Shown in pieces: positions 37,879-50,914 of a stretch of 64,000 nt of DNA. Source of the DNA: Brevundimonas sp. (GTDB lineage: Bacteria > Pseudomonadota > Alphaproteobacteria > Caulobacterales > Caulobacteraceae). The translations under genes and the position numbers were made by a program. Positions within the stretch are counted from its first letter, which is position 1. Each line of letters begins with the position of its first letter. Location of the stretch: the NCBI RefSeq assembly GCF_003248455.1, contig NZ_QFNM01000008.1:3586-67585 (forward strand). Reading direction: 5' to 3'. The notes beneath the pieces were generated by a model. The model searched no databases. It had not been told where the DNA came from and worked only from the letters and a program-made list of their open reading frames with translations.

Positions 37879-39996
37879 GTGAACTTCCACACCCTTATCA
37901 TCCTGGGGATATTCGCCCCGCTGCTGGGCGCGGCCATCGCCGGCTTCTTCGGACGCCGGATCGGCAATATCCCGTCGCAGGCCATTACCACCGGCCTGCT
38001 GTTCTTCTCGTGCGCCGTGGCCTGGACGGTGTTCGGCCAATGGACTTGGGGCCATCTGGAGCCCTTCACCATCCGCCTGGCGCCCTTCATCAATGTGGGC
38101 GACTTCCAGTCGGCCTGGTCGATCCGCATCGACGCCCTGTCGGCGACCATGCTGATCGTGGTGACGAGCGTGTCGTCGCTGGTTCACCTGTATTCCTGGG
38201 GCTACATGGCCGAGGACGACAGCCGGCCGCGCTTCTTCGCCTATCTGTCCTTGTTCACCTTCATGATGCTGGCGCTGGTGACGGCCGCCGACTTCATGCA
38301 GATCTTCTTCGGCTGGGAAGGGGTGGGGCTGGCGTCCTATCTGCTGATCGGTTTCTGGTTCAAGAAGCCGACGGCCAGCGCCGCCGCCATCAAGGCCTTC
38401 GTCGTCAACCGTGTAGGCGACTTCGGCTTCATCCTGGGGATCATGACGATCTTCTGGATGTACGGCACCATCAACTTCGCCGAGCTGTTCCCGCTGATCG
38501 CGACCAAGGCCGGTACAACGTGGGAGTTCCTGGGCGTCCAGTGGTCCGCGCTGGATTTGGCCGGATTCCTGCTGTTCATCGGCGCAATGGGCAAGTCGGC
38601 CCAGTTCTTCCTGCACACCTGGCTGCCGGACGCGATGGAAGGTCCGACGCCGGTGTCGGCGCTGATCCACGCGGCGACCATGGTCACGGCCGGCGTCTAT
38701 ATGGTCTGCCTGTTGTCGCCGATCTATGAGTATGCGCCGGGCGCCTCGCAGATCATCGCCATCATCGGCGCGATCACGGCCCTGTTCGCCGCCACGGTCG
38801 GCCTGACGCAGAACGACATCAAGCGGGTGATCGCCTATTCGACCTGTTCGCAGCTGGGCTATATGTTCTTTGCGGCGGGCGTCGGCGCCTATCAGGCCGC
38901 CATGTTCCACCTGTTCACCCACGCCTTCTTCAAGGCCCTGTTGTTCCTAGGCGCCGGTTCGGTGATTCACGGGATGCATCACGAGCAGGACATGCGCAAG
39001 ATGGGCGGCCTGTGGAAGCTGCTGCCCGTCACCTATGCGGTGATGACCATCGGCACCATCGCCATCACCGGTCTGGGCATCCCCGGCGTCGGCGGCTTCG
39101 CCGGCTTCTATTCGAAGGATTCGATCATCGAGAGCGCCTACGCCTCGGCCGCCGGCGGCCACAGCGCAGTGGGCCTGTTCGCCTTCTTCGTCGGCATCAT
39201 CGCCGCCGGCCTGACCGCCTACTATTCGTGGCGTCTGGTCTTCATGACCTTCCACAACAAGCCGGTGTGGAAGGAAGAGGGGGCGCATCACGCCGACGAT
39301 CACGCCACGGACGCGCAGTTGGAAACCCACTCCGAGCCGCTGCCCGACGCCGACGATCACGGCCATGCGGTCGCCCATGCCGCGCATGACGATCACGCCC
39401 ACGACGATCACGGCCATCATGGCCCGCTGCATCCGCACGAAAGCCCGCCGGTCATGCTGATCCCGCTGATCCTGCTGTCGGTCGGGGCGGTCGCCGCAGG
39501 CTTCGTCTTCGCGCCGCACTTCATCGGCCACCACGAACACGAGTTCTGGCGCGGGGCCATCTTCACCGGCGAGCACAACCACGTCCTGCACGAAAGCCAC
39601 TCGGTCCCGACCTGGGTGAAGTGGTCGCCGCTGATCCTGACGCTGATCGGCACGGCCTTCGCCTACTGGATCTATGTCGCCCGTGAAGGCATGGGCGCAC
39701 GGATGGCGGCGCGCGACGGCGTCATCTACCGCTTCCTCTACAACAAGTGGTATTTCGACGAGTTGTACGACTTCGTGTTCGTGCGCGGCTTGCGCGCCAT
39801 AGGGAACTTCTTCTGGAAGATCTGCGACGTGAAGATCATCGACGGGCTGGGGCCGAACGGCGCCGCCTGGGTCTCGCTGAAATCCGCCGCTCGACTGGCC
39901 AAGATCCAGTCCGGCTATGTCTATCACTACGCCTTCGTGATGCTGCTGGGGGTCGCCGGTCTGCTCACCTTCGCCATCCTCGCGTGGGGAGCCTGA
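37879..39996 (+). CDS. nuoL: NADH-quinone oxidoreductase subunit L
   Basis: 705-aa antiporter-like subunit. [15 protein letters not shown], with a His/Asp-rich insertion. Confidence 0.93.
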   Translation: MNFHTLIILGIFAPLLGAAIAGFFGRRIGNIPSQAITTGLLFFSCAVAWTVFGQWTWGHLEPFTIRLAPFINVGDFQSAWSIRIDALSATMLIVVTSVSSLVHLYSWGYMAEDDSRPRFFAYLSLFTFMMLALVTAADFMQIFFGWEGVGLASYLLIGFWFKKPTASAAAIKAFVVNRVGDFGFILGIMTIFWMYGTINFAELFPLIATKAGTTWEFLGVQWSALDLAGFLLFIGAMGKSAQFFLHTWLPDAMEGPTPVSALIHAATMVTAGVYMVCLLSPIYEYAPGASQIIAIIGAITALFAATVGLTQNDIKRVIAYSTCSQLGYMFFAAGVGAYQAAMFHLFTHAFFKALLFLGAGSVIHGMHHEQDMRKMGGLWKLLPVTYAVMTIGTIAITGLGIPGVGGFAGFYSKDSIIESAYASAAGGHSAVGLFAFFVGIIAAGLTAYYSWRLVFMTFHNKPVWKEEGAHHADDHATDAQLETHSEPLPDADDHGHAVAHAAHDDHAHDDHGHHGPLHPHESPPVMLIPLILLSVGAVAAGFVFAPHFIGHHEHEFWRGAIFTGEHNHVLHESHSVPTWVKWSPLILTLIGTAFAYWIYVAREGMGARMAARDGVIYRFLYNKWYFDELYDFVFVRGLRAIGNFFWKICDVKIIDGLGPNGAAWVSLKSAARLAKIQSGYVYHYAFVMLLGVAGLLTFAILAWGA

Positions 39997-40000
39997 TCTC

Positions 40001-41485
40001 GTGCCCTACATTCTGAGCCTCGTTACATTCCTGCCCCTGGTCGGGGCCCTGGCGATCTTCTTCGCCCGGCTGACGTCCAAGACTGCGGACGCCGCCGCGC
40101 CGGCCGCGCGCTGGATCGCGCTGATCACCACTCTGGTCGTGCTGGCGGTCTCGGTCGTGCTGGTCGCCGGCTTCGATCCGGCGAACACCGGCTATCAGTT
40201 CGTGGAACTGGTCCCCTGGTTCGCGGGCGCCAGCTATCACCTGGGCGTCGACGGGATTTCGGTCCTGTTCGTGCTGCTGACCGCCTTCCTGATGCCGATC
40301 TGCATCCTGGCCAGCTGGAAGTCGGTCGAGACGCGCGTCGTCGAATATATGATCGCCTTCCTGGTGCTGGAGACGCTGGTCATCGGGGTGTTCACCGCGC
40401 TGGACCTGTTCCTGTTCTACATCTTCTTCGAAGGCACCCTGGTCCCGATGTTCCTGATCATCGGCATCTGGGGCGGTCAGAACCGGATCTACGCGGCCTA
40501 CAAATTCTTCCTCTACACCCTGCTGGGGTCGGTGCTGATGCTGCTGGCCATGCTGTGGATGGCGCACGAAGCCGGCACCACCAGCATTCCCGAACTGAAG
40601 CGCTTCGCCTTCGACCCGGCCGTCCAGCCGATCCTCTGGCTGGCCTTCTTCGCCTCGTTTGCGGTCAAGATGCCGATGTGGCCGGTTCACACCTGGCTGC
40701 CCGATGCCCACGTCCAGGCGCCGACGGCCGGTTCCGTCATCCTGGCCGGCATTCTGCTGAAACTGGGCGGCTACGGCTTCATCCTGTTCAACGTGCCGAT
40801 GTTCCCGCAGGCGTCGGAGATGTTCCGCCCGCTGGTCTTCACCCTGTCGGTGATCGCCATCGTCTATACGTCGCTGGTCGCCTGGCGTCAGACGGACATC
40901 AAGAAGCTGATCGCCTATTCGTCCGTGGCCCACATGGGCTTCGTCACCCTGGGCATCTTCTCGGGCAACGACATCGGCATGCAGGGCGCCATCTTCCAGA
41001 TGATCAGTCACGGCCTGATTTCGGGCGCGCTGTTCCTGTGCGTCGGCGTCGTCTACGACCGGATGCACACCCGCGAGATCGCCTTCTACGGCGGCCTGAC
41101 GTCCAGGATGCCGTGGTACGCCGCCATCTTCCTGATGTTCACCATGGCCAACGTCGGTCTGCCGGGCACCTCGGGCTTCATCGGCGAAGTGCTGACCATG
41201 ACCGGCGCCTATCACGCCTCGACCTGGGCGGCGCTGGTGGCGGCGTCGGGCGTGATCTTCTCGGCGGTCTATGCGCTGACCCTCTATCGGGCGGTCATGT
41301 TCGGCGAGATCACCAATCCGAAGCTGGAAACCATAGCCGACATCGACAAGCGCGAACTGCTGCTGTTCGTGCCGCTGATCGTCGGGACCCTCTGGCTGGG
41401 GGTCCATCCGGCCTCCGTCCTCGATTACACCGGGCCTGCCGTCGAGGCCCTGACCAGCGCCTATCGCGCCGCGATCGGCGGGTGA
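40001..41485 (+). CDS. nuoM: NADH-quinone oxidoreductase subunit M
   Basis: 494-aa antiporter-like subunit; [17 protein letters not shown]. Confidence 0.93.
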   Translation: MPYILSLVTFLPLVGALAIFFARLTSKTADAAAPAARWIALITTLVVLAVSVVLVAGFDPANTGYQFVELVPWFAGASYHLGVDGISVLFVLLTAFLMPICILASWKSVETRVVEYMIAFLVLETLVIGVFTALDLFLFYIFFEGTLVPMFLIIGIWGGQNRIYAAYKFFLYTLLGSVLMLLAMLWMAHEAGTTSIPELKRFAFDPAVQPILWLAFFASFAVKMPMWPVHTWLPDAHVQAPTAGSVILAGILLKLGGYGFILFNVPMFPQASEMFRPLVFTLSVIAIVYTSLVAWRQTDIKKLIAYSSVAHMGFVTLGIFSGNDIGMQGAIFQMISHGLISGALFLCVGVVYDRMHTREIAFYGGLTSRMPWYAAIFLMFTMANVGLPGTSGFIGEVLTMTGAYHASTWAALVAASGVIFSAVYALTLYRAVMFGEITNPKLETIADIDKRELLLFVPLIVGTLWLGVHPASVLDYTGPAVEALTSAYRAAIGG

Positions 41486-41494
41486 GACTTAAAG

Positions 41495-42937
41495 ATGCCT
41501 GATCTGTCCTCCGCCCTGCATCTCGCCGCCTCGGAAGTCACCCTCGCGGTCGGCGCCCTGGTCCTGCTGATGGTCGGCGCCTTCGTCGGCGACAAGAGCG
41601 CTCGCCTGGTGTCCATCCTATCGGTCCTGCTGCTGATCGCCGCCGCCGTTGTCGCCATCGTCGGCCCGTGGGGCGTGGCCTTCAACGGCGCCTATGTCGC
41701 CGATCCGCTGGCCATCTACGCCAAGAGCCTGATCTATCTGTCGGCCGCCGTCGCGGTCGTGCTGGGCGACGGTTGGATGGCGCGCACGCGCATCGCCAAG
41801 TTCGAATATCCGGTCCTGATCGTGCTGGCCTCGGCCGGCATGGGCATGATGGCGTCCTCGGGCGACCTGATCTCCATGTATGTCGGGATCGAGCTGCATT
41901 CGTTGGCCCTCTATGTCCTGGCCGCCTTCCACCGCAACGACGTCAAAGCGTCCGAAGCGGGTCTGAAGTATTTCGTCCTGGGCGCCCTGTCGTCGGGCCT
42001 GCTGCTGTACGGCGCCAGCCTGATCTACGGCTTCGCCGGTTCGATGCGGTTCGAGGACATCGCCGCCGTCGCCGCCGACAATCCCGGCCCGGGCCTGGTC
42101 TTCGGCCTGGTCTTCCTGATCTGCGGCCTGGCGTTCAAGGTTTCCGCCGCGCCGTTCCACATGTGGACGCCCGATGTCTACGAAGGCGCGCCGACGCCGG
42201 TCGTGGCCCTGTTCGCCACGGCGCCCAAGGTGGCGGCCATGGTGCTGATCGCCCGCGCGCTGGAAGCCGGTTTCGGCGACGCCCACGCCCAATGGTCGCA
42301 GGTCCTGATCGCCATTTCGGTGATCAGCTTCGTCGTCGGCGCCTTCGGCGGCCTGGCGCAGAAGGACATCCAGCGTCTGCTGGCCTATTCGTCGATCGCC
42401 AACATCGGTTATGCCCTGCTGGGCATTGCGGCGGGAACGGCCGAGGGGCTGCAGGCCATGCTGATGTTCATGACGCTCTACGTCATCGACCAGCTCGGCT
42501 TCTTCGCCATTCTGCTCAGCCTGTCCAAATCGGGCCGGCCGATCCGGCGCATCGCCGATCTGGCCGGTCTGAAGAAGGACCGTCCGCTGACGGCTGTCGC
42601 CCTGACGGCGCTATCGCTGTCGGTGCTGGGAATGCCGCCATTCTCGGGCTTCTGGGGCAAATACTATGTGTTCGGCGCCGCCGCCGATGCGGGCCTGTGG
42701 CCGGTCGCCGCCGCCGGTCTTGTCGCCTCGGTCGTCGCGGCCTTCTACTATCTGCGGATCATCAAGCTGATGTGGTTCGATGCGCCGGTCGACGACATCG
42801 CCACCGACAAGGCCCCGGCCGAGGCCCGGTGGGTCGGCTGGGCCTGCGCCGCCTTCGCCTTCCCGTTGGTGATCGTCGGTCTGACCTGGCTGGAGCCCCT
42901 GACCAAGGCCGCGAGCGCCGGCTTCGGAAACGGGTAG
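41495..42937 (+). CDS. nuoN: NADH-quinone oxidoreductase subunit N
   Basis: 480-aa antiporter-like subunit; APFHMWTPDVYEGAPTP. Confidence 0.93.
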   Translation: MPDLSSALHLAASEVTLAVGALVLLMVGAFVGDKSARLVSILSVLLLIAAAVVAIVGPWGVAFNGAYVADPLAIYAKSLIYLSAAVAVVLGDGWMARTRIAKFEYPVLIVLASAGMGMMASSGDLISMYVGIELHSLALYVLAAFHRNDVKASEAGLKYFVLGALSSGLLLYGASLIYGFAGSMRFEDIAAVAADNPGPGLVFGLVFLICGLAFKVSAAPFHMWTPDVYEGAPTPVVALFATAPKVAAMVLIARALEAGFGDAHAQWSQVLIAISVISFVVGAFGGLAQKDIQRLLAYSSIANIGYALLGIAAGTAEGLQAMLMFMTLYVIDQLGFFAILLSLSKSGRPIRRIADLAGLKKDRPLTAVALTALSLSVLGMPPFSGFWGKYYVFGAAADAGLWPVAAAGLVASVVAAFYYLRIIKLMWFDAPVDDIATDKAPAEARWVGWACAAFAFPLVIVGLTWLEPLTKAASAGFGNG

Positions 42938-42941
42938 GGCG

Positions 42942-43691
42942 TTGACGCCCGCTCCCCTGGTCATCCTCGAGGAGATCGACTCGACCAACGCCGAGGCGCG
43001 CCGCCTGGCCGAGGCCGGGGAAGCCGGGCCGCGCTGGATCGTGGCCCGCCGCCAGACCGCCGGTCGCGGGCGGCGTGGCCGCAAATGGGAGACGGAGCAG
43101 GGCAACCTGGCCGCCACCCTGCTGGTCACGACGCCGCGTTCGGCGGCGGAGGCCGCCCAGGCCACCTTCGTCGCGGCCCTGGCCGTCGCCGATCTGCTGG
43201 ACGTTTTCGTCTCGCCCGCCCTGGTGACGATCAAATGGCCCAACGACGTCCTGCTGGACGGAGTCAAGGCGTCGGGCATACTGGTTGAGTCCGGGCGGCA
43301 TGGGAACGGCGACCTGTGGCTGGCCATCGGAATCGGCGTGAACCTGGCCCATGCGCCGGAAGGCACCGAACGGGGCGCGACCTCGGTCGCCGACCGCCTG
43401 CGCGCCGATCTGACCTATGTTCCCCCCATCGAGGCCGCCGCCGAGATCCTGGCCGAGACCTTCGCCGTCTGGTGGGGCCGCTGGCAGACCTTGGGCTTCG
43501 AGCCGGTGCTGGACGCCTGGACCAGCCGTCTGGTCGGTCTGAACGGCCCCTGCACGGCGCGCCTGGACAATGAGACGATCGAGGGCCTGGCCGAAGGGGT
43601 GGAGCCGGACGGCGCCCTGCGTCTGCGTCTGGCCGACGGTTCAGTGCGGCTGATTTCCGCCGGCGACGTCTTCTTCGGGAAGACCGTCTGA
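42942..43691 (+). CDS. birA: Biotin--[acetyl-CoA-carboxylase] ligase
   Basis: [16 protein letters not shown] motif. No N-terminal HTH. TTG start. Confidence 0.85.
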   Translation: MTPAPLVILEEIDSTNAEARRLAEAGEAGPRWIVARRQTAGRGRRGRKWETEQGNLAATLLVTTPRSAAEAAQATFVAALAVADLLDVFVSPALVTIKWPNDVLLDGVKASGILVESGRHGNGDLWLAIGIGVNLAHAPEGTERGATSVADRLRADLTYVPPIEAAAEILAETFAVWWGRWQTLGFEPVLDAWTSRLVGLNGPCTARLDNETIEGLAEGVEPDGALRLRLADGSVRLISAGDVFFGKTV

Positions 43692-44467
43692 TGCTTCTGG
43701 CCATCGAGCAGGGCAATACCAATACGCTGTTCGCCGTTCACGACGGGCGCGACTGGATCGCCCAATGGCGCGCCGCGACGGAGGCCAGCCGCACGGCCGA
43801 TGAATACGCCGTCTGGCTGAACCAGCTGATGGTGATGAAGGGCTTGCGGGTCGCGGACCTGACCGGATGCATCATCTCCAGCGTGGTGCCGCAGTCGATC
43901 TTCAACCTGCGCAACCTCGCGCGTCGCTATCTGAACATCGAGCCCCTGGTGATCGGTGAGAACGTCGAGCTGGGCATCGACGTGCGCATCGCCAAGCCCA
44001 GCGAGGCGGGGGCCGACCGGCTGGTCAACGCCATCGGCGCCAAGCTGGTCTATCCCGGCGACCTGATCGTGATCGACAGCGGCACGGCGACCACCTTCGA
44101 CATCGTCGCCGACGACGGCGCCTTCGAGGGCGGGTTGATCGCGCCCGGCATCAATCTGTCGCTCCAGGCCCTGCACGAGGCGGCGGCCAAACTGCCGCGC
44201 ATCGCCATTCAGCGGCCCGAGCATGTGATCGGACGCGGCACGGTCGAGGCCATGGAATCCGGCGTCTTCTGGGGCTATGTTTCGCTGATCGAAGGCCTGG
44301 TCGGGCGCATCAAGGCCGAATGGGGCAGGCCCATGACGGTCATCGGCACCGGCGGCGTCGCCAGCCTGTTCGAAGGCGCGACCGACAGCATCGACCACTT
44401 CGATTCCGACCTGACTATCCGCGGCCTCCTCGCAATCTGGCGTCGCAACGCCCATCTGACTGACTGA
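43691..44467 (+). CDS. coaX: Type III pantothenate kinase
   Basis: [12 protein letters not shown]...DSGTATTFD. Confidence 0.9.
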   Translation: MLLAIEQGNTNTLFAVHDGRDWIAQWRAATEASRTADEYAVWLNQLMVMKGLRVADLTGCIISSVVPQSIFNLRNLARRYLNIEPLVIGENVELGIDVRIAKPSEAGADRLVNAIGAKLVYPGDLIVIDSGTATTFDIVADDGAFEGGLIAPGINLSLQALHEAAAKLPRIAIQRPEHVIGRGTVEAMESGVFWGYVSLIEGLVGRIKAEWGRPMTVIGTGGVASLFEGATDSIDHFDSDLTIRGLLAIWRRNAHLTD

Positions 44468-46141
44468 ATGAAAAAGCAAAACCAAGACGAACTCGTTTTC
44501 CTGCCGCTGGGCGGCTCGGACGAGGTCGGTATGAACCTGAACGCCTATGGCTTTGGCCCGGAGGCGAACCGTGAGTGGGTGGTCGTCGATGTCGGCGTCA
44601 CCTTCGGCGACCTGTCGACGCCGGGCGTGGACGTCATCGTGCCCGATCCCACCTATCTGCAGGGCGAGACGATCAAGGGCATCGTCCTGACCCACGCGCA
44701 TGAAGATCACATCGGCGCGCTGGGCTGGCTGTGGCCGCGCATAAAGGCCCCGGTCTATGCGACGCCTTTCACCGCCTATCTGATCCGCGACAAGCTGCGC
44801 GAGCGCGGCATCCTGGACGAGGTCGAACTGATCGAGGTTCCGCTGGGCGGCACGGTCGATATCGGACCGTTCGGCGTCACCTTCGTCAACATGACCCACT
44901 CGATCGCCGAGCCCAGCGGCCTGGCCATCGACACGCCGCTGGGCCTCGTGTTCCACACCGGCGACTGGAAGATCGACGACCAGCCCGTCATCGGCCGGCA
45001 GACCGACGCCCCCGCCATCCGCGCCCTGGGCGACGAGGGCGTGCTGGCCATGGTCTGCGATTCCACCAATGTCTTCGTGCCGGGCGTCGCCGGGTCCGAG
45101 GGCGATGTCGCCGTGGCCCTGTCCAAGCTGATCTCGACCCTGAAGGGCCGCGTCGCCGTTGGCTGTTTCGCGTCGAACGTCGCGCGCATGGACAGCGTCA
45201 TCCGCGCGGCCGAGGCCTGCGGCCGTCGCGTGGCCCTGGCCGGGCGGTCGATGCACCGGATCACGGCCGCAGCCAAGCACGTCGGCATGTTGCAGGACGT
45301 CAAACCCTTCCTGTCCGATGAGGAGGCCCGCGTCTGGCCCGCCGACCAGATCCTGTATCTGTGCACGGGCAGCCAGGGCGAGGCGAGGGCCGCGCTGTCG
45401 CGCGTCGCCGACGGGACGCACCCGACGGTCAAGCTGGGCCTGGGCGATCACTGCATCTTCTCGTCGCGCCAGATTCCGGGCAACGAACTGGCCATCGGCA
45501 ATCTGCAGGACCGCCTCGCGGACAGGGGCGTGCGCCTTTACACCGAGAAGGACCATCCCGGCATCCACGTTTCGGGCCACCCCTGCCGGGACGAACTGAA
45601 GCAGATGTACGAATGGGCGCGGCCGCAGATCGCGGTGCCGACCCACGGGGTGCGTCGCTTCCTGCTGGAACACGCCAACCTGGCCAAGGAGGTCGGGGTC
45701 CAGGAGACCGTCACGCCGCGCAACGGCGACATGGTTCGCCTGGCGCCGGGACCGGCCCAGATCGTGGACGAGGTTCCCAACGGTCGCCTCTATGTCGATG
45801 GCGGGATGCTGGTCACGGAGCAGGGCGAGGCGCTGAAGGAGCGTCGCCACGCCTCCACCAACGGCGTGCTGATCGTCAGCTTCGCTTTGGACAAGCGCGG
45901 GCGCATCGTCAGCGACATCGACATCCGCAGCGTCGGCCTGCCCGGCGACCTGCAAAAGCCGCTGGGCGACGTTCTGGACGACCTGGCCGAGCGGGTCGAG
46001 CAGGTGGTCAAGGGCCTGAAGGGCGAAGCGCTGGAAGACGAGATGGTCATCGAACAGGCCATTGCGCGCGTGCTGAAAAAGGCCAGCCAGCAGGTCTGGG
46101 ATCGCCGCCCCATCGTCGAGACGGTCGTCCTGCGCGTCTGA
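44468..46141 (+). CDS. rnj: Ribonuclease J (metallo-beta-lactamase/beta-CASP)
   Basis: THAHEDHIGAL, with beta-CASP and a C-terminal domain. 557 aa. Confidence 0.88.
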   Translation: MKKQNQDELVFLPLGGSDEVGMNLNAYGFGPEANREWVVVDVGVTFGDLSTPGVDVIVPDPTYLQGETIKGIVLTHAHEDHIGALGWLWPRIKAPVYATPFTAYLIRDKLRERGILDEVELIEVPLGGTVDIGPFGVTFVNMTHSIAEPSGLAIDTPLGLVFHTGDWKIDDQPVIGRQTDAPAIRALGDEGVLAMVCDSTNVFVPGVAGSEGDVAVALSKLISTLKGRVAVGCFASNVARMDSVIRAAEACGRRVALAGRSMHRITAAAKHVGMLQDVKPFLSDEEARVWPADQILYLCTGSQGEARAALSRVADGTHPTVKLGLGDHCIFSSRQIPGNELAIGNLQDRLADRGVRLYTEKDHPGIHVSGHPCRDELKQMYEWARPQIAVPTHGVRRFLLEHANLAKEVGVQETVTPRNGDMVRLAPGPAQIVDEVPNGRLYVDGGMLVTEQGEALKERRHASTNGVLIVSFALDKRGRIVSDIDIRSVGLPGDLQKPLGDVLDDLAERVEQVVKGLKGEALEDEMVIEQAIARVLKKASQQVWDRRPIVETVVLRV

Positions 46142-46165
46142 TGCAACCTTGACCGTTCGGGCGCA

Positions 46166-47104
46166 TTGTCTGCGCTCGAACCCTTGGGGCGCCCGATGTG
46201 GAACAAGCCGAACCGCGCGGACCGTGTGTTGGATCGGGTTCGCCATGCCCGCCATCCGCTGCATGGCTGGCGGCGCTGGGCGGTGATCGCGGGGCAGGGC
46301 CTGGCGGGATTCGTCGTGCTGTTCGCCCTGGTCAATCTGACGCTCAGCCTGTCGACCTTTCGCGGCGAAGACCCGTTCACCCGCACGGTGCACGAATTGC
46401 GCGTGCTGTGGTTCAGCCCGCCGCCCGGCCAGCCGATGCCGCCGGGCGCCTTTCCGACCGTCTATGGCCGCGATCTGGGGCCGGCGCCCGACACCGCCGC
46501 CATCCATGCCTTTCTGGAGCGCGAGGCCGAGGACGGCGTCTTCCTGCTGGACCATGTGATGGTCGATCGGGTCCTGAAGCTGAACGGCCGGGTCGACGCC
46601 CGCAGCCTGCCGGTCGGCGTCTATGTCGGCGCCCACGCCCTGGGGCCCGACGGTCTGCCTTTCGTGCCGGTGACGAAGTTCCTAGCGCACTATCTTCTGT
46701 TTCCGCGCCACGCCTATATTCTGGTCGTGCCCGAGCAGGGGCCGGCCATCGCCTTTTCGGCCAGCCAGAACGCCAAGTTCGGCATCGACATCCATCCCGA
46801 CCGCCTGTCCGCCGAAGTCGCGCCCTTCACGCCGGAAGCCTACGACTTTCCCAGTTCGGGCGAGGCGCTGCACGAAATGACGCGCATCACCGACGATCCC
46901 GCGCGGGTCGCCGGCGCGGTCGGGGCGCTGAAAGGAGCGCAGGCGCGGCTGGAGAAGGAAGGCCTGACCTATGGCCTGCTGGCGCCCAACTCCAATACGG
47001 CGGTCGGTTGCGTGCTCCAGGGATCGGGCGCCATCACCGAGCAGGCGCGGTCGTCCATCCTGCTGGCCCTGCGCGCGCCGGGCTTCGGCGCCCGATGCGA
47101 TTAG
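46166..47104 (+). CDS. Hypothetical membrane-anchored protein
   Basis: 312-aa ORF with one N-terminal TM helix (VIAGQGLAGFVVLFALVNLTL). High GC3. The start is uncertain (46166 or MWNK at 46196). Confidence 0.55.
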   Translation: MSALEPLGRPMWNKPNRADRVLDRVRHARHPLHGWRRWAVIAGQGLAGFVVLFALVNLTLSLSTFRGEDPFTRTVHELRVLWFSPPPGQPMPPGAFPTVYGRDLGPAPDTAAIHAFLEREAEDGVFLLDHVMVDRVLKLNGRVDARSLPVGVYVGAHALGPDGLPFVPVTKFLAHYLLFPRHAYILVVPEQGPAIAFSASQNAKFGIDIHPDRLSAEVAPFTPEAYDFPSSGEALHEMTRITDDPARVAGAVGALKGAQARLEKEGLTYGLLAPNSNTAVGCVLQGSGAITEQARSSILLALRAPGFGARCD

Positions 47105-47229
47105 CGGTCGCGACAAGGTCGCCGGTTCGGCTATAGGCGGGGCTGTGGCTGCATACCCGCCTGCTGCGTCCGACTGGCGCGACGGCCAGGGCTTGTCGGT
47201 CTTCTGTCGGCAATCTTGCGAGGTCCGTC

Positions 47230-47496
47230 ATGCCTATCGGCCCCCTGACCATGATCGGCATCTACATCATCGTCTGGTGGACGGTGCTGTTCGCGGTTTT
47301 GCCGCTCGGCACGGCGCACGAAACGCACGAGCCGCCGACCGACGGCGCCCAATGGGGAGCGCCCGCGACGCCCAATTTGAAAAAGAAGTTCCTGACCACC
47401 ACCTGGGTCGCCGCCATCGTCTGGGCCTTCGTCATGGTGCTGATCTTCACCGGCTGGCTGCCGCTGCCCGACTTCTCCAGCGCCCCGGCGGTCTAA
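47230..47496 (+). CDS. Small membrane protein (DUF1467-like)
   Basis: 88 aa with two TM helices; IYIIVWWTVLFAVLPLG. Confidence 0.6.
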   Translation: MPIGPLTMIGIYIIVWWTVLFAVLPLGTAHETHEPPTDGAQWGAPATPNLKKKFLTTTWVAAIVWAFVMVLIFTGWLPLPDFSSAPAV

Positions 47497-47574
47497 ACCG
47501 CGCAACCGGCCTAGCTTTCGCCCCGGTCCAGCGGCTAAAGCCTTGGTTCGTCTCTACGCCTAGGATTCAAGACC

Positions 47575-48891
47575 ATGCGCTTGTCGCGCTATTTTCTGCC
47601 CACGCTGAAGGAAGCCCCGTCGGACGCCCAGATCGTGTCGCACCAGCTGATGCTGCGCGCCGGGATGATCAAGCAGGAGGCCGCCGGCATCTACGCCTGG
47701 CTGCCGCTGGGTCTGAAGGTGCTGCGCAAGATCGAGCAGATCGTACGTGAAGAGCAGATGCGGGCCGGCGCCGTCGAACTGCTGATGCCGACCCTTCAAC
47801 TGGCCGATCTGTGGCGGGAGTCGGGACGGTACGACGCCTATGGCCCCGAAATGCTGCGCATTACCGACCGGCACGAGCGCGAACTGCTGTACGGCCCCAC
47901 CAACGAGGAGATGATCACCGACATCTTCCGGGCCTATGTGAAGTCATACAAATCCCTGCCGCTGAACCTGTTTCATATCCAGTGGAAGTTCCGCGACGAG
48001 CGCCGCCCGCGTTTCGGCGTCATGCGCGGCCGCGAATTCCTGATGAAGGACGCCTATTCCTTCGACCTGGATGAGGCTTCGGCCCGTGTCGCCTACAATC
48101 GGATGTTTACGGCCTATCTGAACACCTTCGCCCGCATCGGCTTGAAGGCCGTGCCGATGCGCGCCGACACCGGCCCCATCGGCGGCGACCTGAGCCACGA
48201 GTTCATCGTCCTGGCCGAAACCGGCGAGAGCGAGGTCTTCTGCGACCGCAAACTCGTCGAGATGCCCGCGCCCGGCGACGATTTCAGCCCGGAAGCCGTG
48301 CAGGCCGTCTTCGACGAACGCACCGCCCTCTACGCCGCCACCGAAGAGATGCACGACCCGGCCCGGTTCGAGGCCGAGACAGCGGAGGGCGACCGCCTGT
48401 CGGCGCGCGGCATCGAGGTCGGGCACATCTTCTATTTCGGCACGAAATACTCCGCCCCGATGAAGGCCAAGGTCGCAGGGCCGGATGGCCAGGACGCCGA
48501 GGTCCATATGGGCAGCTATGGCGTGGGCGTCTCGCGCCTGCTGGGCGCCATCATCGAGGCCAGCCATGACGACGGCGGCATCATCTGGCCGGACGCCGTA
48601 GCTCCGTTCGACGTGGTCGTGATCAATCTGCGCGCCAATGACGAAGCCGTCTCTGCCGCATGCGAGGACGCCGTCGCCCAGCTGGAGAAGCTCGGCAAGG
48701 ACGTGCTGTACGACGACACAGACGAGCGTCCGGGCGGCAAGTTCGCCACCGCCGATCTGATCGGCGTGCCGTGGCAACTGACCATCGGTCCCAAGGGACT
48801 GGCGGACGGCGTGGTCGAGCTGAAGCGTCGCGCTACCGGCGAGAAGGTTTCCGTGCCGCTCGCAGAAGCTATCGAAAGGCTGACCGCTTGA
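47575..48891 (+). CDS. proS: Proline--tRNA ligase (short form without an editing insertion)
   Basis: 438 aa; class II motifs [32 protein letters not shown]. Confidence 0.93.
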   Translation: MRLSRYFLPTLKEAPSDAQIVSHQLMLRAGMIKQEAAGIYAWLPLGLKVLRKIEQIVREEQMRAGAVELLMPTLQLADLWRESGRYDAYGPEMLRITDRHERELLYGPTNEEMITDIFRAYVKSYKSLPLNLFHIQWKFRDERRPRFGVMRGREFLMKDAYSFDLDEASARVAYNRMFTAYLNTFARIGLKAVPMRADTGPIGGDLSHEFIVLAETGESEVFCDRKLVEMPAPGDDFSPEAVQAVFDERTALYAATEEMHDPARFEAETAEGDRLSARGIEVGHIFYFGTKYSAPMKAKVAGPDGQDAEVHMGSYGVGVSRLLGAIIEASHDDGGIIWPDAVAPFDVVVINLRANDEAVSAACEDAVAQLEKLGKDVLYDDTDERPGGKFATADLIGVPWQLTIGPKGLADGVVELKRRATGEKVSVPLAEAIERLTA

Positions 48892-50166
48892 GCCTGCCGT
48901 CCCGTCCGTCCGGCGCCTTCTCCGCCTGGGAGATCGGCCTGGCCCTTCGCTATCTGCGCGCCAAGCGCAAGGAGGGCGGCGTCGCCACCATCGCCGTCAT
49001 CAGCTTCATCGGCATCATGCTGGCCGTCGCCGTGCTGATCAGCGTGATGAGCATCATGTCCGGTTTTCGTTCGGAACTGCTCAGCCGGATGCTGGCCTTC
49101 AACGGTCATATGTATGTGCAGGGTCCGGTTTTGACATCGCCGGACCGAGACGCGGTCCTGAAGAAGATCGAGGCGATACCGGGCGTCTACAGCGTCAACC
49201 CCCTGAACGAAGCTCAAAGCCTGATCCGCGTAGGCAACTTCACGACGGGTGTGATGGTCAAGGGTATCCGCCCACAGGATCTGGCCAAAACGCAGTACGT
49301 TTTTGACAGCCTGTCGCCCCAGGAGCGCGCTAGCTTCGGTCAGGGTGCGTATGGCGGCGACCGGGTGTTGATCGGCGCCGCTTTGGCGAACTCATTGGGG
49401 CTGCGTGTTGGCGACGCCATCACCGTCTATTCGCCCACCGGCGCCGACAGCGCCTTCGGCAACCTCGGCGGATTGGAAAAGACCTATTTCGTGGGCGGAT
49501 TGTTCCGTTCGGGAGCGGCCGATTACGACCGTGCCTTCATGTTCATGCCCTTGGAGCAGCAGCAGCTCTTCTTCGGCAAGGAAGGCGTCTGGGACGCCAT
49601 CGAGATCAAGGTCGACGATCCCGATCAGGTCGGCGCCCTGACCCCCGCCATCCGCGACGCGGCCGGCCCCGGCTCGGTCGTCAGCGACTGGCGCGAGCGC
49701 CTGGCCGCCTTCTACGGCGCGCTGAAGGTCGAGCGGGTGGCCATGAGCATCATTCTGGGTCTGGTCGTCGCCATCGCCGCCATGAACATCATTTCCGGCA
49801 TCGTCATGCTTGTGAAGAACAAGGGGCGGGATATCGCCATCCTGCGGACCATCGGCGCCAGCCCGTCGGCCATCCTGCGCGTCTTCTTCATGGCCGGCGC
49901 CATGATCGGGGTCGCGGGCACCCTGGCGGGCCTGCTGCTGGGTCTGCTGTTCTGCTGGAACATCGGCTCGATCCAGCATTTCCTGGAATGGGCGTTGCAG
50001 ACCAAGCTGTTCGATTCCGACGTCTATATGCTGGACGCCATTCCCGCGCTGGTGGACCCGATGGACGTGACCTGGGTGGCTTTCTGGTCGCTGCTGATGA
50101 GTTGTATCGCCAGTCTGCCGCCGTCATGGACCGCGTCGCGGATCGATCCCGTTGAGGCGCTCCGGT

Positions 50167-50174
<8 letters not shown>
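48888..50174 (+). CDS. lolE: Lipoprotein-releasing system permease LolC/E family
   Basis: [18 protein letters not shown]...[14 protein letters not shown] start overlapping the proS stop is inferred. Confidence 0.8.
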
Positions 50175-50871
<697 letters not shown>

Positions 50872-50914
50872 TCTGCGGATAGCGGTCGTCCCCAGCGTGG
50901 CGTCCTGTCCTGGC

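Noticed and set aside
43415-46636. A 1073-aa minus-strand ORF.
   Set aside because: It is antisense to coaX, RNase J and the following gene, which all have clear motifs. Its composition is typical of spurious GC-rich frames.
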